Source of the DNA: Planctomycetaceae bacterium
GTDB taxonomy: Bacteria; Planctomycetota; Planctomycetia; Pirellulales; UBA1268
Length of the DNA stretch: 64,000 nucleotides
Assembly (NCBI GenBank): GCA_947453375.1
Contig: CANGGT010000001.1
Span: forward strand, 11,381 to 75,380
Direction of reading: 5' to 3'
Shown here: positions 6,690 to 14,870 of the stretch, piece by piece
Position numbering within the stretch: position 1 is the stretch's first letter
How the letters are laid out: the number at the start of each line of letters is the position of its first letter
Translations under genes and position numbers: made by a program
The notes under the pieces: model-generated
Seen by the model: the letters and a program-made list of their open reading frames with translations, nothing else
Database searches by the model: none
Told to the model about the DNA's origin: nothing

Positions 6690-9241
6690 CGAGCCCTCTT
6701 CACACGTCGAAGGTGGTCGTAGGCCTCCCCCACTGGGGCGTGAGCGGGCCGTGCGTCTTCGCCGAGCGGCTCGTGCGCGGATTGCGCGCGCGCGGCTGGG
6801 AGGCGTCGGTGCTCCTCACCGAGGACGGGTGCCAGAAAGTGCCGGCGCCGGCCGGGCCGGCATCCCCGCCGGCCGACATCCCCTGCCTCACCCTGCCGGT
6901 GCGCCCCGACGATCCCTGGGGGGTGCGATGGGAGGCGATCATCCGCACCCTCGAATCCTCGGCCCCCTGCCACTACCTCATGCTCCACGACTGGCGCAAC
7001 AACGTCGTCGCCCCCCGGCTCTCTGACCGGGTGACGCTCGTGGGGCTCCTTCAGGCCGACAGCGAACTCGACTTCGAGCAGGCCGGCAGGCTCGGCCCCT
7101 TCTGGAATGCGATCGTCGCCGTCGCCGACCCGCTTCAGTTCTCGTTCGCCCACCGCTTTCCTCACCTCGCCCACCGCGCCGTCACGATCCGTAACTGCGT
7201 CCCCGACCTCCCCGAGCCGCCTGCCAAGCCCCAGGCCGGCCCGCTGCGGATCGCCTACTCCGGCGAACTGCGACGCACCCAAAAGCGGCTCGACGACATG
7301 ATCGCCGTCTCGCGAGCCCTCACGGAGCGGGGGATTTCCCACCTGCTCACGCTCTACGGCGATGGCGAATACCGCACCGAGCTCGAGGCACTCGCCGCGC
7401 CGCTCGTGTCGGCGGGAACGGTGCGGTTTGCCGGGCGGCTCCCCGCTGCCCGCCTCCCCGACGAGATGGCCGACCAGCATGTCTTCCTCCTCACCAGCCA
7501 GTTCGAGGGGCTCTCGATCGCGCTGTTGGAGGCGATGAGCCGTGGCTGCGTGCCGGTGGTGTCGGAGCTCGTCACGCAGTCGCTCGTCGTCCGCGATCGT
7601 CTCAACGGCTTGACGTGCCCCGTCGGCGACATCGGCAGCTTCGCCACGAGTCTCGCCCGCCTCGCCGACGATCCGGCGCTCCGCGAGCGCCTCGGGCGGG
7701 CCGCCTTCGAGACGATCCGCACCGGAGGCCACCGCATCGACGACATGCTCGACGGCTACGAAGCCCTCTTCGCCCGCCTCGATGCCCAAGTCGAATCGGG
7801 GGCTTTCAGGCGCTCGTGCGACTGGCTGCGGCTGCCTCCGGAAAGGGTGGGTGCGACGGAGATCCTCACGGCACTGCCGGGGGATCCCTGCGGCCGTCTC
7901 GCCCTCGATCTCGACTTCATCAACGCCGTGCCCGTGTGGCCCGGTCGCCCGTCGCCCCCCGCCACACCTTCCCAGCCCCCCGCCCGGCCGACGGCGCCGC
8001 CTCCCCCCTTCGAGAGCCACAAAGTGATCGTCTCGGCGGCAGGGGGGCAGATCAGCGGCGTCGACACGTTCACGATCCACCTCTTGCGACGCCTCCGCGG
8101 GATGGGAATCGATGCCCGCGTCCATGGCCACCGCGAACTCGCCGATCGCAGCGGCCTGGCGATCGCCGCCGACATTCCTGTCGACCCCCGCGAGACGCCG
8201 GCCTGGATGGGATGGCCGCAGGCTTGGCAGTCGATGATCGACCACCTCGAATCCCAGGCCCCCTGCATCTACATCCCCAACTACGACTACGAATACTCCT
8301 GCGTCGTTCCCCGGCTCTCCGAGAAGGTCCGCGTGGTGACGATCTGCCACAGCGACGATCCGATGCACTACGAGCACACCGCGCGACTGGCGCACGCCTC
8401 CGACGGGATCGTCGCCGTGAGCAGTGCGATCCGGCGCCACCTCGAGGGGCTCCTGCCGAGCCTCGCCGGAAGAATGCACACGATCCCCTACGGCATCCCC
8501 CTGATCAGTACGGGCTCCTCCGCAGTCCGCCCCCCGGAGGGCGTCCTCCGCGTGGCCTACGTCGGCCGCCTGATGCGCTACCAGAAGCGGGCCAATGACG
8601 TCGTCGCCATCGCCGCAGCGCTCGACCGGCGCGGCATCCCCTTCGAGATGCTCGTCGTCGGCGACGGGCCGGAGCGGACGGCGATGGAGCAGGAGGGGCG
8701 CCGGCTCGTCATGCGCCGCAAGCTCGCCTTCCTGGGAACCCAACCCAACGACGACGTCCTCGATCTCCTCGGCAGCTGCGACGCCTTCCTCCTCCCCTCG
8801 GCATTCGAGGGATTGAGCGTGGGGATGCTCGAGGCGATGTCACGCGGGGCCGTGCCGGTCGTCAGCGCCATCCGCAGCGGCGTGCCGGACGTCATCCGGC
8901 CCGGCGAGAACGGCCTCGTCGCCCCCATCGGCGACATCGAGGCTTTCGCCGATCGGCTCGCCCTCCTCCAGGCCGATCCGCAGTCCCGTGCACGGATGGC
9001 GGCGGAGGCGGTGCGGACGATCCACGACGAAGGCTACCTCGTCGACACGATGTTCGAACGCTACCTCGCCCTCTTCCGCGCGGTGGCCGCGGCACCGTCG
9101 CTCCGCATCCCCGGGCCGGTCGTGCCCCCGGCGCATCTTCGCGGGGAAGGGACGCTCTCCGCGTGGGCCCGGCGCGTCGCCTCCGACCCGCTCGCGTCGG
9201 CAGGGCGCGTGTTGGGCCGGTTCTCGGCACGCTCGTCCTGA
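6686..9241 (+). CDS. Tandem double GT4-family glycosyltransferase (two GT-B modules in one polypeptide)
   Basis: Real start is ATG 6686 (ATGA overlap with the UbiA stop) inside track ORF 5630..9241. Two GT4-like halves each carry the E(x7)E-type C-terminal block (QFEGLSIALLEAMSRGCVPVV and AFEGLSVGMLEAMSRGAVPVV). They are joined by the Pro-rich linker PGRPSPPATPSQPPARPTAPPPP. Confidence 0.85.
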   Translation: MTSPLHTSKVVVGLPHWGVSGPCVFAERLVRGLRARGWEASVLLTEDGCQKVPAPAGPASPPADIPCLTLPVRPDDPWGVRWEAIIRTLESSAPCHYLMLHDWRNNVVAPRLSDRVTLVGLLQADSELDFEQAGRLGPFWNAIVAVADPLQFSFAHRFPHLAHRAVTIRNCVPDLPEPPAKPQAGPLRIAYSGELRRTQKRLDDMIAVSRALTERGISHLLTLYGDGEYRTELEALAAPLVSAGTVRFAGRLPAARLPDEMADQHVFLLTSQFEGLSIALLEAMSRGCVPVVSELVTQSLVVRDRLNGLTCPVGDIGSFATSLARLADDPALRERLGRAAFETIRTGGHRIDDMLDGYEALFARLDAQVESGAFRRSCDWLRLPPERVGATEILTALPGDPCGRLALDLDFINAVPVWPGRPSPPATPSQPPARPTAPPPPFESHKVIVSAAGGQISGVDTFTIHLLRRLRGMGIDARVHGHRELADRSGLAIAADIPVDPRETPAWMGWPQAWQSMIDHLESQAPCIYIPNYDYEYSCVVPRLSEKVRVVTICHSDDPMHYEHTARLAHASDGIVAVSSAIRRHLEGLLPSLAGRMHTIPYGIPLISTGSSAVRPPEGVLRVAYVGRLMRYQKRANDVVAIAAALDRRGIPFEMLVVGDGPERTAMEQEGRRLVMRRKLAFLGTQPNDDVLDLLGSCDAFLLPSAFEGLSVGMLEAMSRGAVPVVSAIRSGVPDVIRPGENGLVAPIGDIEAFADRLALLQADPQSRARMAAEAVRTIHDEGYLVDTMFERYLALFRAVAAAPSLRIPGPVVPPAHLRGEGTLSAWARRVASDPLASAGRVLGRFSARSS

Positions 9242-9255
9242 GAAGGGCTCGCGCG

Positions 9256-11658
9256 TCACCGTCGGACAGGCAGGCTCGTCAGTCCGCGGACGCGCTCCGC
9301 AGGGCGCCACGACGGCCGGAACGTCTCGATGTCGGCGGCGTCGAGGTGCAATTCCCCGAGTCGCTCGTTGATCCTCGTCAGCGCGATCCGCGCCTCGGTG
9401 CGCGACAGCAGCGCCCCGGGACAGCTGTGGATCCCGAGGCCGAAGGCCAGATGCCGGTTGGGCGACCGCCCGATGTCGAATCGATCGGGATCGGGGAACA
9501 CCGCCGGGTCGCGGTTCGCCGCACCGAGACAGGCAAGGATCCGATCCCCGGCGGCGATGCCGAGCCCGCCGATCTCGATCGGTTCCTTCGCCGCGCGCGC
9601 GGAGGGGAAGTGGGTGGGGCTCTCGAAGCGGAGCATCTCCTCCACCGCCGGGCCGACGAGCTCCGGGTTCTCCCGCAGGCGGGCATACTGGTCCGGATGC
9701 CGGAGGAGGAGGAGCATGCCGTTCCCGAGCAGGCTCGACGTCGTCTCGTATCCGGCAAGGAGGAGGAGCACGCAGGTCGCGAGCACCTCTCTCATCGAGG
9801 CCTGCCCCCCCGGATCATGGGCCGCCAGGAGCGAAGAGACGAGATCGTCGCCGGGGCTGTTCTGGCGTTCCCTGATGATCCCCGCGAAGTAGTCGGAGAG
9901 CCGCCCCATGTTCCGCGCCGACACCTCGGGGCCTCCCGCCATGTCGGCGCAGGCCGCCAGCATCGGCAAGTCGGTTTCCGGGAGGCCGAGGAGGCCCATC
10001 ATCACTCTCCCTGGGATCCGATCGGCGAAGTGCTCCATGAAGTCGAAGCGGGCGAGTCCGGCGACGCCGTCGATCTGCTCGTCGGTGAGCGCCCTGATCC
10101 GTGATTCGAGCGCCCGCACGGCTGCACCGGTAAACGCCTCGGTCACGAGGCTGCGGAGGCGGCCGTGATCGGGAGGGTCCTGTGCCAGCATCGTGTCGCC
10201 GAGCACTCCGGCCTTCACCGTCCGGTTGGTCACCAAGGGGTCGCGAAACAGGGCCGAGACTTGATCATGGCGGGAGACGATCCAAGCCCCGTGCGACGGC
10301 GAGAAGAAAGGGCCCGGCTGCGCGAGCCAGCGCCGGTAGGTGGGATAGGGATCGTCGTGAAATGCCGCCGCTGCGGCGGCGACCGGATCGACGAGAGCGG
10401 CCGTCTCCCACGCGGCAGGAAGATGGAGCAAGCCGCCGCGGCCGGCGGCATCACCGCGCCGTCCGCCGGCAGGCCCGACCCGGAAGACCGCCCGACCCGA
10501 TCCATCGGTCGGTCCGATGCACCGTTCGGTGCGTGAGTCGTAGAGGCTCACCCGCACGTCGTATTCGCCCGGCACGAGCGCGAGACAGCGGACCTTGCAG
10601 CGGAGCGTGACCCCGGGCGGGTCGATGGAAACGACATCGCCGGGGAGCGTCGCCAACGGGGCGATTTCTCCGCGGCTCACCTGGATGGCGGCGACGACGT
10701 CGCCGAGGGGCTGCGTCGCCCGGACGGTGAAGACGACTTCGGCCGGTTTCCCGGATCGCGGCTGGCCACCATCCTTGCCGACAACGGCGATGGAATCGAC
10801 GACGATCGACCCCGGGGGCTCCGACGGCGCGGCCGGGGGAGCGGGCTGATCCTGCCGCACGATCCGATTCGGGCGGCGGATCGGCAGAGGGGGAAGACCA
10901 CGCTCGATCGCGAGCCGGTTGTAGGCATCGATCGCCGTCGTCGCGTCGGCGGTGAGGACCGGCCGGCCGCCGTCGAGGAGGAGGACACGATCGCAGAGCG
11001 TCTGGATCATGTTCGTGTCGTGCATCGCAAAGAGCATCGATCCGCCGCCGGCGACGTAGTCGGCGATGAAGCCGCGGAAGCGCTCACGGAAGCGCTGATC
11101 GCCGCCGCCGAGCCCCTCGTCGACGAGGAACAGATCGGGGTGGAGGCGGGCGTAGATCGCGAAGCCGAGCCGGCTCCGCATCCCGGCGCTGTAGGTGCCG
11201 ACCGGGGCGTCGAGCTGCTCGTGGAGGTCGGCGAAGGCCGCGATCGCCTCCGTCTCGGCCACGGTGTCGGCGACCGGCACGCCGTACAGCGCCAACTGCA
11301 TGCGGATGTTCTCGCGGCCGGTCTCCTGCGTGCTCAGAACTCCCCCCTGATCGATGCGGCAGACTTTGTCAGTATGGAGCGCGATCGAGCCGGTGGTGGG
11401 GAGAATGATCCCCGACACGAGATTCATCAGCGTGCTCTTGCCGGCGCCGTTGTGGCCGATGACGCCAATCACCTCCCCGGCATCGATCCGCAGGTCGACG
11501 TTCTCGAGCGCCCAAAACTCCCCGTCGCGGAGCCCCTGACGGGCCGGCAGGCCGCAGAGCTCACGGAGCGTGTCGACGGTGGCGTCGCGGAGACGGGCCT
11601 GGGGGCGGAGCGAGTAGCGCTTCGAAACCTGCTTCACGTCGAGGAGGGTTCGTGTCAT
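9256..11658 (-). CDS. Wzt/TagH-type polysaccharide-export ABC ATPase fused to a cytochrome P450
   Basis: 800-aa uninterrupted track ORF. ABC part: Walker A GHNGAGKST (11431-11457), signature YSAGMRSRL, Walker B LFLVDEGL. A beta-rich Wzt_C-like segment spans aa ~285-395. P450 part: AGYETT, EEMLR (ExxR) and heme loop FGLGIHSCPG (9415-9444, verified by hand translation). Confidence 0.85.
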   Translation of the reverse strand: MTRTLLDVKQVSKRYSLRPQARLRDATVDTLRELCGLPARQGLRDGEFWALENVDLRIDAGEVIGVIGHNGAGKSTLMNLVSGIILPTTGSIALHTDKVCRIDQGGVLSTQETGRENIRMQLALYGVPVADTVAETEAIAAFADLHEQLDAPVGTYSAGMRSRLGFAIYARLHPDLFLVDEGLGGGDQRFRERFRGFIADYVAGGGSMLFAMHDTNMIQTLCDRVLLLDGGRPVLTADATTAIDAYNRLAIERGLPPLPIRRPNRIVRQDQPAPPAAPSEPPGSIVVDSIAVVGKDGGQPRSGKPAEVVFTVRATQPLGDVVAAIQVSRGEIAPLATLPGDVVSIDPPGVTLRCKVRCLALVPGEYDVRVSLYDSRTERCIGPTDGSGRAVFRVGPAGGRRGDAAGRGGLLHLPAAWETAALVDPVAAAAAAFHDDPYPTYRRWLAQPGPFFSPSHGAWIVSRHDQVSALFRDPLVTNRTVKAGVLGDTMLAQDPPDHGRLRSLVTEAFTGAAVRALESRIRALTDEQIDGVAGLARFDFMEHFADRIPGRVMMGLLGLPETDLPMLAACADMAGGPEVSARNMGRLSDYFAGIIRERQNSPGDDLVSSLLAAHDPGGQASMREVLATCVLLLLAGYETTSSLLGNGMLLLLRHPDQYARLRENPELVGPAVEEMLRFESPTHFPSARAAKEPIEIGGLGIAAGDRILACLGAANRDPAVFPDPDRFDIGRSPNRHLAFGLGIHSCPGALLSRTEARIALTRINERLGELHLDAADIETFRPSWRPAERVRGLTSLPVRR

Positions 11659-11662
11659 GGGA

Positions 11663-12625
11663 CTACACCAGCATCCGTTCGACGACGTGCGGGCGAGCGA
11701 TCCGGCAGAGAAACCAGCCCAGCACGAAAATCAGCAGCGCGACCAGCGGGCCGATCGCCGCGGCAGCCAGGGAGCCGGGGGCACCGTAGGCGGCGGCGCG
11801 GATGCCCTCGAACAGCCAGGCGAGCGGATTGGCGGCATGGACGAGGCCGAGGAAGCTCTCCGGCTCGGGCACCATGAATACCGGCGTGACGGTGAACAGG
11901 ATCAGCGGTAGGGCGCTGGAGAAGACGTTGATGTCCTGCTGAAGGGCGCTCGGCGGCGCGACGAGCAGGCCGAGACCGGCGCCGGTGAGCGACAGGCCGA
12001 CAAGCCCCCAGGCCGCCAAGGGAAGCGTCACGGCGGGGGGCACGGCGAACAGGGCCATGAGGAGCGCGAGCACGGCCAGACGGATCAAATACCGGAAGCC
12101 GAGATCGAGGAGGATCGCCCCGAGCGGACCCTCGACAGGAAGGCTCTGGCGCCGGAACAGGGCTTGATTCCCGGCGAACAACCGGCGCGTGGCGTTGAAC
12201 GCCTCGAGAAACGCCTGCCCCATGAGCATCCCGCAGGCGCCGAAGAACGCGCTGTTCACCCCGCCGATCTCGCCGGCCACGAGGTGCGAACGCCTTCCGA
12301 ACGTGAACACCAGCGCCGTGAGCACGACCGGCGCGAAGGCGAGGACGATCCCCAGGGACGAGTGGCGGTATTGTTGGATCAGGCTTCGCACGAAAAGCCG
12401 CCAGGCGACCGGCGGCGATCCGGCGGCATCCCGGGCCCATTCGCGGAGACACCGGCCCGGATCGCGGAGCCGGCTGGTCGACGCGTGCAGCCTCACCGGC
12501 GTCCCGGGGAACGCCAAGCCCGGGTCACCCGCCACGCTCAGGTCACCCGCCAAGCCCAGGTCACCCGCTCCGCTTGCGGCGGGGGGCTGAGGGGAGTCCG
12601 CTTCGGGCGAAAGTCGATCAGCCAT
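11663..12625 (-). CDS. wzm: ABC-2 type polysaccharide/O-antigen export permease (Wzm-like)
   Basis: Track ORF 11663..12679(-). It has multiple hydrophobic spans typical of ABC-2 permeases and ends 4 nt before the ATPase gene. Start set at ATG 12625 (GGAGG 8 nt upstream; 8-nt overlap with the upstream stop). ATG 12631 or 12679 are also possible. Confidence 0.8.
   Translation of the reverse strand: MADRLSPEADSPQPPAASGAGDLGLAGDLSVAGDPGLAFPGTPVRLHASTSRLRDPGRCLREWARDAAGSPPVAWRLFVRSLIQQYRHSSLGIVLAFAPVVLTALVFTFGRRSHLVAGEIGGVNSAFFGACGMLMGQAFLEAFNATRRLFAGNQALFRRQSLPVEGPLGAILLDLGFRYLIRLAVLALLMALFAVPPAVTLPLAAWGLVGLSLTGAGLGLLVAPPSALQQDINVFSSALPLILFTVTPVFMVPEPESFLGLVHAANPLAWLFEGIRAAAYGAPGSLAAAAIGPLVALLIFVLGWFLCRIARPHVVERMLV
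12523..12576. repeat. Three in-frame tandem copies of an 18-nt unit inside the 5' end of the wzm-like gene
   Basis: ggtcacccgccacgctca / ggtcacccgccaagccca / ggtcacccgctccgcttg. On the coding (minus) strand this encodes GD(L/P)(G/S)(L/V)A hexapeptide repeats (GAGDLGLAGDLSVAGDPGLA). Confidence 0.7.
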
Positions 12626-13553
12626 CGGCATCCCCTCCGGCGAGGATCGCATCGCAGCGCTCGAGCCAGCCGACGGCATGCCCCCCGAACCGCTCAGCCA
12701 GGGCAGCGATCCCCGGCCGCGACGCCCGGGCCATCTCGCGACGCATCTCCGGCGGCACCTCCGGCTTCACCCCGGCGGGATGGTGATCCCTCTTCCTCGC
12801 CTCCGCGAGCACCCGCGGCTCGTCGGGGTCGACGCCGAGAAAGGTCATCACGCGCCGAAGCATCCCCTCCGGATCGGCGAGGGTGTCGTCGTACCAGCCG
12901 ATGAAGAACCGCTCCTTTGGCACGTGCATCCCCCAGGTGTCGATCGTGCGGAGGTAGTCGTTGCGCGCGGTGACGTGGGCCGAGGCGAAGAATCGCGACA
13001 GATCGGCCGGCGGACCGAGGCCGGGGCCACGGGACGCCCGCGACAACATCTGCCACTGCGAGAGCGCCCGCGACAGTGGCTCGCGGAGCAAGAAGATCAC
13101 CTTCACGTCTGGAAACAGCCGGGTGACATGTCGGACACCGGCGTCATCGAGGAGGGCGTAGGCGGGGGTGATCTCCCCCTTGAGGCGCCCGGCCCCGGCG
13201 GCGAATTGACGCCGGTACCAGGCGTCGTTCTTCTTTCCCGGGAGAAGGTACGAGACCTCCCGCAGCAATTCCCATCCTGTCGCCATCGATATCCGACCGC
13301 GAACAGTCTTCTCGAAGGTCCATCCAACGCGCTGACGCCACTCCCGTTCCGCGGCGCCCCGGCCGAAGAGCCCGGACCACACACTCCTGACCTTCGTGAA
13401 CCGCGGGCCGAGGCCTGCGAGGCGATCGAAATAATGGAGCTCCTTCGTCCCGGGGAGGTGGAGCTGCGGATGCCGTCGTAGACACCGATAGAGCCAGGTG
13501 GTGCCGGCCCTCTGGGCACCGATGCCGAGAAAGTCGACGGTGGGGAGTGACAT
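12618..13553 (-). CDS. Sulfotransferase family protein
   Basis: Track ORF 12618..13622(-). Start moved to ATG 13553 so the product begins MSLPTVDFLGIGAQRAGTTWLYRCL (PAPS-binding loop). It also has the FLLREPLSRALSQW block typical of the family. Confidence 0.8.
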   Translation of the reverse strand: MSLPTVDFLGIGAQRAGTTWLYRCLRRHPQLHLPGTKELHYFDRLAGLGPRFTKVRSVWSGLFGRGAAEREWRQRVGWTFEKTVRGRISMATGWELLREVSYLLPGKKNDAWYRRQFAAGAGRLKGEITPAYALLDDAGVRHVTRLFPDVKVIFLLREPLSRALSQWQMLSRASRGPGLGPPADLSRFFASAHVTARNDYLRTIDTWGMHVPKERFFIGWYDDTLADPEGMLRRVMTFLGVDPDEPRVLAEARKRDHHPAGVKPEVPPEMRREMARASRPGIAALAERFGGHAVGWLERCDAILAGGDADG

Positions 13554-13712
13554 CAACGGGACCGTCGGGGAGAAATGGCTGCCGAAAGCGGACGACGATC
13601 GGGGCGGGATGCCTGGGTGCATTCTAGCCAGCGGAGACTGGGCACGGGATTACCCCTCGCGGTCGCTTATAAGATGGCTTGGCAAGCCTTCCTCCGAGCC
13701 TTCGGCCCCCCG

Positions 13713-14870
13713 ATGCCCGACTGCATTCTCCATTACGGCTTCCCCAAGACCGGCTCGACCGCCATCCAACGGGCGCTGTCGGAGCACTTGGCCGATCCCC
13801 GCTTCGTCTACTCCCACTTCCAGGGTCCGATCCACGACCACGGCAATCACAGCCGCGCCATGGCCACCGCCTTCAGCGACCGGCCGGAGGAGTACCACAC
13901 CCATGTGGCGGAGGGCCTTTCAGCCGAGATCCTTCTCCAGGAACGCGGCGCGTTGCTCGGCCGCCTCGACGACGAGATCACCGCCCTCGCCGGGAGAACC
14001 TTTCTCCTCTCCAGCGAGAGCCTGGGATTTCTCCGCGGAAGCGGCGTGCAGCGGCTCCGCACGTTTCTCGAAGAGCGCCATCTCGTTCCTCGGACCGTCG
14101 GCTACATCCGCCCCCGCCGGGAGTCCGTCGAGAGCTCGTTTGTCGAGAGACTCAAGCACCGTCAGGGGGCTTTCAACGAGGTCTTCAAGGGACTCGGTGA
14201 TGGCCCACGCTCGCAGATGGCAACCCTCGATAAGGTGTTCGGACGGGAAAACGTCCTTCTTTGGAAGTATGACCGGCGCTCGTTTCCTGACCGGTGTGTC
14301 GTGGCTGACTTCTGTCGACGCCTGGGGATCGACCGGCCTCCGGTCATCGATCGGGAGGCCAACCGCTCGCTCTCCCTGCCAGCCATCCGTCTGCTCTTTG
14401 CCTATCGACACGCCTTCCCCGCATCGCCGCCGGGCCGCCGATCAATCGAACAAAACGCCTCTCTCATCGCGGCCCTCGGCGAGATCGACGGGCCGAGGTT
14501 TCGCTTCCATCCCCTCCTTCTCGAACCGGTGATCCGCGAGCAGGAAATCCACCTCGACTGGCTCGAGACGCGTGTCGGGGCGACGCTCCGCGACGGCATG
14601 GACGACGACGGAGAACCGTCGATTCGCTGTGAGGAAGACCTCCTCGACTTCTCCCCGGAGTCGCTCGACTGGCTCGCCCGGCGCACCGGCCGCGCCGCCG
14701 GCAGCCTGGCCGGAAAGGATCCCCGTGCCGTGGCCGACGCCGTCGATCGGCTCCGGGAGATCGCCGTCGCCGAGCAGGTCGCTGCGCAGCGAAAGCCGGA
14801 CGGTCTCGTCGCCCGACTCGGGCACCGGAGCCGACAGCTCCTGGGCCACTTCGGGCGCCGGTCGCCATGA
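13713..14870 (+). CDS. Sulfotransferase-like P-loop protein (family assignment tentative)
   Basis: Track ORF 13575..14870. Start moved to ATG 13713, giving MPDCILHYGFPKTGSTAIQRAL (a PKTGST-type loop as in carbohydrate sulfotransferase-like families). The remainder has no motif I can name. The stop overlaps the next gene (ATGA at 14867). Confidence 0.6.
   Translation: MPDCILHYGFPKTGSTAIQRALSEHLADPRFVYSHFQGPIHDHGNHSRAMATAFSDRPEEYHTHVAEGLSAEILLQERGALLGRLDDEITALAGRTFLLSSESLGFLRGSGVQRLRTFLEERHLVPRTVGYIRPRRESVESSFVERLKHRQGAFNEVFKGLGDGPRSQMATLDKVFGRENVLLWKYDRRSFPDRCVVADFCRRLGIDRPPVIDREANRSLSLPAIRLLFAYRHAFPASPPGRRSIEQNASLIAALGEIDGPRFRFHPLLLEPVIREQEIHLDWLETRVGATLRDGMDDDGEPSIRCEEDLLDFSPESLDWLARRTGRAAGSLAGKDPRAVADAVDRLREIAVAEQVAAQRKPDGLVARLGHRSRQLLGHFGRRSP

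Noticed and set aside
6566-8743. 725-aa minus-strand ORF.
   Set aside because: It is antisense to the tandem GT4 gene, has no motifs, and its composition is typical of high-GC shadow ORFs.
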